40,000 bases of DNA from an uncultured Actinomycetes bacterium (GCA_963807305.1 CAWEBN010000005.1:1152401-1192400); one strand, 5' to 3'. Positions 16,643 through 24,913 are shown, counted from the first letter of the stretch. Notes: generated by a model not told the origin, from the sequence alone. Program-made: numbers and translations.

Positions 16643-17524
16643 ATGGATGCGCAGCGCCGGGATACCAGGGGTGCCACCCTGTCCGACCCCACGCTCCGGG
16701 AGTACAAGCTGGTCGGCGGGTTGGAGACCTTCGCCAATCGCAGCTTCTGGCCCGGCTTCTTCTCCCGGGTCGCGGCCCGCAAGCAGTGGGACGCGGCGGC
16801 CATCGACTTCGCCCCCGACGCCCGCGCATGGGAGGAGCTGCCGGATGAGCGCCGCCGGCGCCTCACGACGCTTCTCGCCGGCTTCCGCGTGGGCGAGGAC
16901 GCGGTCGCGCAGCAGCTCACGCCGTTCGTCGCCGCGGCGAACAGGGAGACCCTGGCCTCCCAGGAGAGCTTGATGGCCTGGACCTTCACCCTGCAGCGCC
17001 GCGACGAAGAGCGCCACGCGCGGTTCTTCGATCGCATCGCGGCAGAGGTACTCCGGCTGCCCGGTGAGACCCCCGCCGAGCGCCGCGCAGCGGCCCGCGA
17101 GTACGCCACGCCGGAGATTCTCGAGCTCTTCGAGGAGCAGCTGCCCAAGCTGGCCGCGGAGCTCGCGGCGGGTGAAGCGGGCCTGGGCGACGGCGTCAGC
17201 CTTTACCACATGCTGCTGGAGGGAGTCGTCTTCAACGCCGGGACGACAGCGTTGCTCGCCGACCTGGCCGATGGCGCGCTGCCCGGAGTGCGCGAGGGAC
17301 TGGAGCGCGTCGAGCGCGACGAGCGCTGGCACGTCGGCTTCGGCCTGCGCTGCCTGATCGAGACCCTGCCCACTCAAGAGCGCATCGATGACCTGGTCGC
17401 GCGCGGCGTGGCCGGCGCCGCAGCCTGGGGTGACGCGGTCCCCGCCGCCATACGCGAGCACAGCGCACGCACGTGCGCACACCGGCTGCACGTCTCCGGC
17501 TTCACCGAGACGCGCGCGGCGTAG
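16643..17524 (+). CDS. Ribonucleotide-reductase R2-like di-iron carboxylate protein (no radical Tyr)
   Basis: The full R2 ligand set is readable: VGEDAV, DEERH, LLEGVVF and ERDERWH. The position 4 residues after the first ExxH His is Phe (EERHARFF), not the radical Tyr. No R1 partner is in the window. Confidence 0.7.
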   Translation: MDAQRRDTRGATLSDPTLREYKLVGGLETFANRSFWPGFFSRVAARKQWDAAAIDFAPDARAWEELPDERRRRLTTLLAGFRVGEDAVAQQLTPFVAAANRETLASQESLMAWTFTLQRRDEERHARFFDRIAAEVLRLPGETPAERRAAAREYATPEILELFEEQLPKLAAELAAGEAGLGDGVSLYHMLLEGVVFNAGTTALLADLADGALPGVREGLERVERDERWHVGFGLRCLIETLPTQERIDDLVARGVAGAAAWGDAVPAAIREHSARTCAHRLHVSGFTETRAA

Positions 17525-18221
17525 CGCCGCACGCGGCGCGCAGGGCGCGAACTCGCGCGGGGTCGAGCGACCCCGAGCGCAGCCCGCCCGCGCACGCGGC
17601 CGAGCGGACGCCGGCGATGTCGGTGCCGGTGGCTGCGACGATCGGCAGGTCCTCCGCGCGCAGCGCGCCCGCCAGCGCCACCTCGAGCCCCAGCTCGTGG
17701 GCCTCGTCCACGAGCGCCGTGAGCGCGTCGGGCGAGAGCCAGTCCAGGAGCCCGCGGCCGTCCTTGACCGCGGTGTCCAGCAGGCACACGTCGACGCCGG
17801 CGGCGCGCGCGACGCGCGGCAGCAGCTCGGGCGCCAGCGGCGCGTGGGGCACGCGCCGAGCGTCGGCGTAAGCGCCCGCCACCACCACCGCGTCGCGCGC
17901 GGCCTCGCGCACGGTGCGCAGCAGGGCGACAGCCTGCGCTTCGGTCGACGCGCCCCAGAGCCCGACCTTCACGAACCCGGCACCGCTGTGCGCGGCGCCG
18001 AGCGCGGCGAGCGCCGCCGTCCCGGGGAGGTTGGGCATGTCGCCGATCGCGGCGCTGACCGGCAGCTCGGCGGGCACCGCGGCGCGGATGCCGGCGATCA
18101 CCGACGGCGACGGCGCCCCCAGCGAGCCCTCGGCCGGGTTCTTGACGTCGACGATGTCTGCGCCGGCCGCGGCGGCCGCGCGCGCCTCGCCGACGTCCAC
18201 GACGCTCACGAGGAGCCTCAT
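17502..18221 (-). CDS. mfnB: (5-formylfuran-3-yl)methyl phosphate synthase (methanofuran biosynthesis)
   Basis: 239 aa. MRLLVSVVDVGEA..GADIVDVKNPAEGSLGA..VSAAIGDMP..FVKVGLWG..LLDTAVKDG is collinear with the remembered M. jannaschii MfnB sequence. ATGA overlap with the mptG stop. Confidence 0.88.
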   Translation of the reverse strand: MRLLVSVVDVGEARAAAAAGADIVDVKNPAEGSLGAPSPSVIAGIRAAVPAELPVSAAIGDMPNLPGTAALAALGAAHSGAGFVKVGLWGASTEAQAVALLRTVREAARDAVVVAGAYADARRVPHAPLAPELLPRVARAAGVDVCLLDTAVKDGRGLLDWLSPDALTALVDEAHELGLEVALAGALRAEDLPIVAATGTDIAGVRSAACAGGLRSGSLDPARVRALRAACGATPRASR

Positions 18222-19160
18222 GACGGCACCACTCGGGCGCCGCGGTTGTCGAAGCTCACGAGCTCCACGCTCCCCTCATCGCCGACGACTCCGGCCATCC
18301 GATCTGCGAGCGCCCGCCCCGACGCCTCGCTCTCGGTGAAGCCGTAGACCGCGGGCCCCCACGAGCTCTGGCCCGCGCCGGCCGCCCCTTCGCGGAGCAG
18401 AGCCTCGACGAGCGCGGCCGCGCGCGGATGGAAGCGACCGCCCTGCACCGTCGCGAACGCGTCGCCCACCAGCTGCTGAATGCGCGTGAGCGCCCCGCCG
18501 AACTCCTCGAGGTCGCGCTCGACGAGCGAGGGCAGCAGCGAGGTGAGGACGAGTTGCGCGATCTCGGCCGAGCGCTCGGCCGAGGGGACGAGTTGCCGGA
18601 ACGCCTCCTCCTCGGCAGCCCCCGACAGCCCGGGCTGGGCCTGTCGGGACGACCAGCACGACGCGCCACTCCTCGGGCATCGAGTACCGGGCCAGCAGCG
18701 GCGCCGGGCGGTCCTCGCCGCGTCGCACGCCGCCCTCGACGACCAGACCCCCGAGCGCGAACGTCCACGTGCCCACCGCGGAGCGCGCCGCGCGACCGAC
18801 CGCCTCGGCAAGCTCCGGCGCGCCGACCGTCCGGTCGTCGAGCGCAGCCAGCGCCTGTGCGACCGCGAGCGCGAGCTTCGTCCCTGACCCCAGCCCGACG
18901 TGCGGCGGGATCGCCTCGACCACGCGCACGTGCGCGCTGCCCTCGAGCCCGAGCGCCTCGTGGCAGCGGCGCGCGAACGCCAGCGCGCGCTCGGCTTCAG
19001 CGCCCTCGGCGGACAGCTCGTCGGCCGGCTGCGCCTCGACCACGACCGCCGGTCGGACCACGGCCACGCCGAGCCCGCCGAAGCGCCGCGGCCCATCGCC
19101 GGCCACGGCGAGCATCCCGAGGTGCAGCCGCGCCGGGGCCTCGACGCGCACTCCTCTCAC
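18218..19160 (-). pseudogene. mptG: Beta-ribofuranosylaminobenzene 5'-phosphate synthase, interrupted by a +1 frameshift as sequenced
   Basis: The N-terminal part (VRVEAPARLHLGML...PPHVGLGSGTKLALAVAQAL...PEEWRVVLVVP) is in one frame. The C-terminal part (GLSGAAEEEAFRQL...SSWGPAVYGF...) is in the next frame. The span is 943 nt, which is 3n+1. The junction lies at about 18630-18650 in a CCCGGG run. GTG 19160 forms a GTGA overlap with the DUF447 stop; GTG 19151 is an alternative. Confidence 0.8.
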
Positions 19161-19738
19161 AGCTCTCCCTCCGCCGCGCGCAGGTGGCGCGTGACATACG
19201 CCATCGCCTCGCGCTCCCGTGGCCCGGCGGTCTTGTCGACGAGCGGCTGCAGGCGGCTCAGCTCGGCGCGGATGTCGTCGGCCGCCATCAGGCGCGCTCG
19301 CGACGCGAGGATCGAGGCCTCGAGCACCGCGTGGCGCGCCCGGTTGAGGCCGAGGAACTCGCGCCCCGTGCCGGAAGCGACGACGACGGTGGTGACCGCG
19401 GCGCGCCCGGCGCTGTCGTCGATCGCCTCGACACGGACCTCCCGCCACGAGCACGCGTCGTCGAGCACAGCGCCCTCGATGCCCGTCGCGGGGCGCGTCG
19501 GCGGATGCGGATCGCCGAGTGCGGCCTGGCTGAAGAGCAGGATGTCGTCGGTGAGGTTCACGACCGCGGCCTCGGTGGCTCGCAGGTTGCGCAGGGTTCG
19601 CGTCCCGCGGTAGGGCTTGATGACGATCCGCGCGTCGCCCCACTCGACGCCCATGGCGGCGCAGTTGACGCTGCCGTCGGGGTTGATGGTCGTCACGACC
19701 GTCTCGACGATCAGCTCGAGCGTCTCCGAATCTGCCAA
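19157..19738 (-). CDS. DUF447-family protein (flavin-reductase-like split barrel) of H4MPT clusters
   Basis: 193 aa. ETVVTTINPDGSVNCAAMGV and IVIKPYRGTRTLRNL resemble DUF447 proteins co-occurring with mptG. The function is unknown. Confidence 0.6.
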   Translation of the reverse strand: MADSETLELIVETVVTTINPDGSVNCAAMGVEWGDARIVIKPYRGTRTLRNLRATEAAVVNLTDDILLFSQAALGDPHPPTRPATGIEGAVLDDACSWREVRVEAIDDSAGRAAVTTVVVASGTGREFLGLNRARHAVLEASILASRARLMAADDIRAELSRLQPLVDKTAGPREREAMAYVTRHLRAAEGEL

Positions 19739-19762
19739 CGCTGGCAGAGTGTAGATGCGGCC

Positions 19763-21832
19763 ATGCGGACGCTCCTGATCGACAACTACGACTCATTCAC
19801 GTTCAACCTCTTCCACCTGCTGGGCGAGGTCAACGGCGACGAGCCCGTGGTGGTGCGCAACGACGAGCTGTCGTGGGACGAGCTCGCGGCGCTGGCGGTC
19901 GACAACATCGTGATCTCCCCGGGCCCCGGCCGCCCCGAGCACGCGCGCGACGTCGGCGTCTCGCTCGACGTGCTGAAGCGCTCCGAGCTGCCGGTGCTCG
20001 GCGTCTGCCTCGGCCACCAGGCGCTGGCCCACATCAGCGGCGGCGCGGTCGAGCACGCGCCCGAGGTCATGCATGGGCGCCTGAGCCCGATCGATCACGA
20101 CGGGCGCGGCCTCTTCGCCGGCATCCCGCAGGGCTTCGCGGCCGTCCGCTACCACTCGCTCGTCGTCGGCGCGCTCCCCGGCGAGCTGCGCGTCACGGCG
20201 TGGACGCTCGACGACATCGTGATGGGACTCGAGCACCGCACGCGGCCGCTGTGGGGCGTGCAGTTCCATCCCGAGTCGATCTCGACCGAGCACGGGCGCA
20301 CGCTGCTGCGCAACTTCCGCGACCTCACCCGCGCCCAGGGCCCGCCCGCGGCGCGCGGGCGTCGCACCGCTCGCCGGGCGGACGCCGGCGTGCGCGTGCA
20401 CCACCGCACGCTGGAGACGTGGTGCGATCCCGAGGCCGCGTTCGTCGCCCTCTACGGCGAGCGCGACCACGCCGTCTGGCTGGACAGCTCGCGTGCGGAC
20501 CCGGGGCTGGCGCGCTTCTCGTTCATGGGTGCCCCGGAGGGCCCGCTCGGTCAGGTCGTGAGCTACGACGTCGCGTCGCGCGTCGTGACCGCGGAGCACG
20601 CGGACGGGCGCGAAGAGCTGCACGAGAGCGTCCTCGAGTACTGCCGGCGCGAGCTCGAGCGCCTCGCCGCCGACGCCCCCGAGCTGCCGTTCGACTTCAC
20701 GTGCGGCTTCGCCGGCTACTTCGGCTACGAGCTCAAGGCGGACCTGGGGGGCGAGCTCGTGCACCCCTCGCCGCTGCCTGACGCGAGGCTGGTCCTGTGC
20801 GACCGGCTGATCGCCTTCGACCACCACAAGCAGCGGGTCCACCTCGTCGCGCTCGCCGACGCCGCCGGCGCGCCCGCTGCCCAGGCGTGGCTGACGGCGA
20901 CCGAAGGCGAGCTCGAGGCGATCGCGCGCCGTCCGCCGCCTGCGGCGCCACCACCGCCCGCGCCCGCTGCGCTGCGCTTCGCCGCCCGGGAGGGCCGCGA
21001 GGCCTACCTCGCCAACATCGTCGCATGCAAGCGCGAGATCTTCGACGGCGAGAGCTACGAGATCTGCCTGACCACCGCGCTGCACAGCGACGGCGCGATC
21101 GACCCGGTCGCCGCCTACCGCGCCCTGCGCGCCCGCAACCCCGCGCCGCACGCGGCGCTGTTGCGCCTCGGCGACCTCTCCGTGCTGAGCTCCTCGCCCG
21201 AGCGCTTCCTGCGCGTCGACCGCGAGCGGAGCGTCGAGTCCAAGCCGATCAAGGGCACTGCCCCACGCGCCGCCCATCCCGTCGAGGACGCATATCGCGG
21301 CGCCGCGCTGCGCGACGACGAGAAGTCGCGCGCCGAGAACCTCATGATCGTCGACCTCGTGCGCAACGACCTCGGCCGTGTGTGCGCGCTGGGGAGCGTG
21401 CACGTGCCGGCGCTCATGGCCGTCGAGTCCTACGCGACGGTCCACCAGCTCGTGACCACCGTCCGCGGCCGGCTGCGCGACGACGCCACCGCCATCGACT
21501 GCATCCGCGCGGCCTTCCCGGGGGGCTCGATGACCGGCGCGCCGAAGCTGCGCACGCTGGAGATCATCGACCGCCTCGAGGGCGGCCCACGCGGGGTCTA
21601 CTCCGGTGCGCTCGGCTTCCTGTCCGTCAACGGCACGGCCGATCTCAGCATCGTCATCCGCACCCTCGTCGCCTCGCCGCACGGCCTCCAGATCGGCGCC
21701 GGCGGCGCGATCGTGGCCGCCTCGGACCCTGCCGCCGAGCACGACGAGATGGTGCTGAAGGCGCGCGCGGTGCTCGAGGCGGTCGGCGGCACGCTCGTTG
21801 ACGCGCGGGAGCTCGCCGCCGCACACGAATGA
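19763..21832 (+). CDS. pabAB: Aminodeoxychorismate synthase, fused glutamine amidotransferase (PabA) and PabB domains
   Basis: 689 aa. The N-terminal GATase has LLIDNYDSFTFNL, GVCLGHQAL and VQFHPES. The C-terminal chorismate-binding domain has SSPERFL, KPIKGTAPR, MIVDLVRND, FPGGSMTGAPK and GAGGAIV. Confidence 0.9.
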   Translation: MRTLLIDNYDSFTFNLFHLLGEVNGDEPVVVRNDELSWDELAALAVDNIVISPGPGRPEHARDVGVSLDVLKRSELPVLGVCLGHQALAHISGGAVEHAPEVMHGRLSPIDHDGRGLFAGIPQGFAAVRYHSLVVGALPGELRVTAWTLDDIVMGLEHRTRPLWGVQFHPESISTEHGRTLLRNFRDLTRAQGPPAARGRRTARRADAGVRVHHRTLETWCDPEAAFVALYGERDHAVWLDSSRADPGLARFSFMGAPEGPLGQVVSYDVASRVVTAEHADGREELHESVLEYCRRELERLAADAPELPFDFTCGFAGYFGYELKADLGGELVHPSPLPDARLVLCDRLIAFDHHKQRVHLVALADAAGAPAAQAWLTATEGELEAIARRPPPAAPPPPAPAALRFAAREGREAYLANIVACKREIFDGESYEICLTTALHSDGAIDPVAAYRALRARNPAPHAALLRLGDLSVLSSSPERFLRVDRERSVESKPIKGTAPRAAHPVEDAYRGAALRDDEKSRAENLMIVDLVRNDLGRVCALGSVHVPALMAVESYATVHQLVTTVRGRLRDDATAIDCIRAAFPGGSMTGAPKLRTLEIIDRLEGGPRGVYSGALGFLSVNGTADLSIVIRTLVASPHGLQIGAGGAIVAASDPAAEHDEMVLKARAVLEAVGGTLVDARELAAAHE

Positions 21833-22539
21833 CCGACCTCCTCGCCGCCGACTCGTGGCTCGTCGACGACGGCCGCGTCCGCGCGGTCGAGCGCCACTGG
21901 GCGCGCTTCGCAGCGACCTGTCGCGAGCACGGCGTCGAGCCCGATGCGGTCGCGCGGCTGCGCGCTGACGTCGCGCGAGCGGTGCCGCCCCGCGGGCGCT
22001 GGTTCCCGCGTGTCGAGCTGCGCGCCGACGGCGGGCTCGCGGTCCGGGTGCGCCCGGCGCCGCCGCGCGATCCGACCGTCGTGGCGTGGGTGGCCGACGT
22101 CGCCGACCCCCGCCGGGACCCGCGCCGCAAGGGCCCCGACCTCGAGCGGCTCGCCGCCCTCCGAGAGCGCGCGGCGGCCCATGGCGCCCGCGAGGCGCTC
22201 ATCTGCGACGCCGACGGCCGCCTCATCGAAGGCGCCTTCACGAGCCTGCTCTGGTGGGAGGGGGAGACCCTGTTCGCGGTGCCCGACGGCGCGCCGATCC
22301 TCCTCGGCATCACGCGGGCGCTCCTCCTCGAGCTGGCACGCGACCGCGGGACGCCCGTCGCACAGCGCCGCCCCGCTCCTGGAGAGCTGGCGGACCGCGA
22401 GACGTGGCTGGTCAGCGCGCTGCACGGGATCCGGGTCGTGACCGGCTGGGCGAACGGCGGTCCGCCGGCCGGTCGCGCACCCCGCGCGGGCGGCTGGCAA
22501 CGGCTGCTCGACGGCCTGACGGCCCGTCAAGCCGTCTGA
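21829..22539 (+). CDS. pabC: Aminotransferase class IV protein, aminodeoxychorismate lyase-like
   Basis: 236 aa with an ATGA overlap with pabAB. The class IV fold motifs (GPDLERL.., EALICDADGRLIEGAFTSL, ILLGITR) and the position after pabAB support PabC. Confidence 0.65.
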   Translation: MTDLLAADSWLVDDGRVRAVERHWARFAATCREHGVEPDAVARLRADVARAVPPRGRWFPRVELRADGGLAVRVRPAPPRDPTVVAWVADVADPRRDPRRKGPDLERLAALRERAAAHGAREALICDADGRLIEGAFTSLLWWEGETLFAVPDGAPILLGITRALLLELARDRGTPVAQRRPAPGELADRETWLVSALHGIRVVTGWANGGPPAGRAPRAGGWQRLLDGLTARQAV

Positions 22540-22671
22540 GCGATCGCAACCAGCGGCGCCCGATCGCGAACGAGCGGTACCCCTCTCTACGCGAACGGCA
22601 CGTCCGCCAGGATTCGCTCCGGGCCCCCTCGCGCAGGCATACGATCCGACCGGGTCAGGAAAGGGGGACTC

Positions 22672-22704
22672 ATGAATCCCTTTCTGCTGACCGGTTATCG
22701 GTAA
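22672..22704 (+). CDS. 10-codon upstream ORF (MNPFLLTGYR) in the leader of the PQQ-dehydrogenase operon
   Basis: ATG 22672 is preceded by a purine-rich GGAAAGGGGGA stretch, and the TAA at 22702 lies 20 nt before the next gene's start. There is no homology evidence, so it may be non-coding. Confidence 0.15.
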   Translation: MNPFLLTGYR

Positions 22705-22724
22705 ATCGACGCGAGGGAGCTTCC

Positions 22725-23171
22725 GTGGGCGACACTGCCGTCGACGTATCCAGCTTGGACAAGCAGAACGGTGTCACGCTGGGTCGCATCCTTGGGCGAG
22801 GCAACGTCGGACAGGCTGAAGAGGGCTCCGACGGCGTCATGCGCGCCACCATCCGAATCCCGGAGGACGAACTCGTCTACGACCCCGGGATCCTCATCGT
22901 CCCTCATGGGGGCACGATCGAGCTCACGCTCATCAATGACGACAAGAACACGCATTGCGCGGTCCTGCCGAGCAATGGCGACACGCAGTTCATCTGGCTC
23001 GTGAACCATTCGAAGGGGACTGCGACCCTGGAGCTCGACGGGCCGGGGTACTACTGGTACGGCTCCACGACGGGCAACGACGAGGGCCGGGGCCTGACGG
23101 GGGCGATTGTCGTGAGCGGCAACGTGCCGTCCGAGGCGCGTCTCGATCGCCCGCCCCAACCGCAACCGTAA
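22725..23171 (+). CDS. Small cupredoxin-like PQQ-dehydrogenase-associated protein (no canonical type-1 Cu ligands)
   Basis: 148 aa from GTG 22725, with SD GAGGGAG 5 nt upstream. The beta-sandwich-like pattern YDPGILIVPHGGTIELTLINDDKNTHC...TATLELDGPGYYWY...GAIVVSG is readable. I recall an NCBI family name 'MSMEG_3727 family PQQ-associated protein' for such neighbours but cannot verify it here. Confidence 0.55.
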   Translation: MGDTAVDVSSLDKQNGVTLGRILGRGNVGQAEEGSDGVMRATIRIPEDELVYDPGILIVPHGGTIELTLINDDKNTHCAVLPSNGDTQFIWLVNHSKGTATLELDGPGYYWYGSTTGNDEGRGLTGAIVVSGNVPSEARLDRPPQPQP

Positions 23172-23206
23172 TCGATCCCCTGCTCACCGTTGGAAAGGAG
23201 CGCTAG

Positions 23207-24899
23207 ATGGCAACCGAGGAGTATGTAGACGCAGGCACCTCTGTCCCCTACGCCGCCCTCAGCATGTCGGCCGGCAAGGCGCCGCCGGTGGCCAAGGGCG
23301 TCAACTTCGAGCGGATTCTCAACGCCCGCGACGAACCGCACAACTGGCTGACCTACTACGGCGCCTACGACGCGAACCGTTACAGCCCGCTGGACCAGAT
23401 CAACGCGAGCAACGTCGGCAAGCTCAAGCCGGAATGGGTGTTCCAGGCCGGGAACCTGGGCTTGCGGTCGGGCGCAACGACGTACGCCTTCGAGGCCTCC
23501 CCGCTGGTCGTCGACGGGGTCATGTTCGTCTCCGGATGGGACGGCCAGTGCTGGGCGATCGACGCGAGGAACGGCAACGAGCTGTGGCGCTACAGGCACG
23601 CGTCCCCGTTCGACGTGTCGCTGTGCTGCGGCAACGTCAACCGCGGGGTCGCAGTGGCAGAGGGCAAGGTCTTCATGACCACCCTCAACGCCCACATCAT
23701 CGCCCTGGATGCCGAGACCGGCCAGAAGGTCTGGGATCAGGTGTACGGCGACGTCCGGGCCGGCGAGAGTGCCACGGTCGCCCCGCTGATCGTCAAGGAC
23801 ATGGTCATCGTCGGCAGCTCCGGCGGCGAGTTCGGCTCGCGCGGCCACACCGACGCGTTCAAGCTGGAGACCGGCGAGCGCGTGTGGCGCTGCTACATGA
23901 TCCCCAAGCCGGGCGAGCCCGGCTCGGAGACCTGGCCGGAAGACGGCGAGGCCTGGCAGCGCGGCGGCGCGAACTGCTGGATCACCCCCTCGTACGACCC
24001 GGACCTGAACCTCCTGTACTACGGGACCGGCAACCCCTGCCCCGACTTCGACGGCGGAGTGCGCCTGGGCGACAACCTCTACACCGACTCAGGCGTCGCG
24101 GTTGACGCGGACACCGGGCAGATCAAGTCGCACTTCCAGTACACCCCGCACGACCTGTGGGACTACGACTCCGTGATGGAGCACCTCCTGTTCGACCTCG
24201 ACGGGCAGAAGATGGCCGCCCACTTCGACAAGAACGGGTTCCTCTACATCCTGGATCGCACAGACATGTCCGCGATCCGCGTGGGGCCGTTCGTCGACCG
24301 CATCGACTGGGGTGAGGTCGACGAGAAGGGCAACGTGACACCGCTGCGGTTCCCCGACGCGGAAGGTGACCCCGTCCACTTCTGGCCGGGACCCGCCGGC
24401 GCGAAGGAATGGACGCACGCCTGCTACAGCCCGAAGACGGAGCTCCTCTACGTCCCAGTGCAGGACGTCGGCGCGACGGCCACGCGGCGGCGCAGGGAGT
24501 TCAAGGAGAGCATCCCGTACTGGGGCGCCGGCGTCGCCGTCGACGGTGAGGACCAGACCGGCTACGTGAGCGCCTACGATCCGCGCACCGCTCAGGAGAA
24601 GTGGCGCTGGACGAACGACACCTGCATGTGCTCGTCGCTGCTGGCCACGGGCGGCAATCTCGTGTTCGGCGGGGAGCCCACCGGGGAGTTCAACGCGTGG
24701 AACGCTGAGACCGGTGACCTGCTGTGGCAGTTCCAGTGCGGCAGCGGCCACCACTGCGAGCCCCTCGGCGTACAGCGTCGACGGAAAGCAGTACATCGTC
24801 GCGCCGAGCGGCTGGGGCGGCTGGGCCGAAGGGTTCCTGCCCAAGATGCTCGGGTCCTCCCACGGGAGCGCGCTGTTCGCCTTCGCGCTGCCGGACTGA
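23207..24899 (+). pseudogene. PQQ-dependent dehydrogenase, methanol/ethanol family (XoxF/ExaF-type D-Y-D signature), with a +1 frameshift near the 3' end as sequenced
   Basis: SD AAAGGAG 6 nt upstream of ATG 23207. It has the vicinal Cys pair SLCCGNVNRG (23624-23629), GGANCW and WDYDSV (D-Y-D at 24161-24169). After ...LWQFQCGSGH the conserved C-terminus (ASPSAYSVDGKQYIVAPSGWGGW...ALPD*) continues in the +1 frame (track ORF 24714-24899). The span is 1693 nt, which is 3n+1. Confidence 0.85.
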
Positions 24900-24913
24900 A
24901 CCGAACAGTCATC

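Noticed and set aside
22565-22597. Direct repeats of CGCGAACG (22565-22572, 22590-22597, and again at 31092-31099 upstream of the GAF-LytTR regulator) as possible LytTR sites.
   Set aside because: The same 8-mer also occurs inside coding regions (for example 9059-9066 in fhcA and near 5243 in fae). For this base composition several chance hits per 40 kb are expected. It is not distinguishable from background without a genome-wide test.
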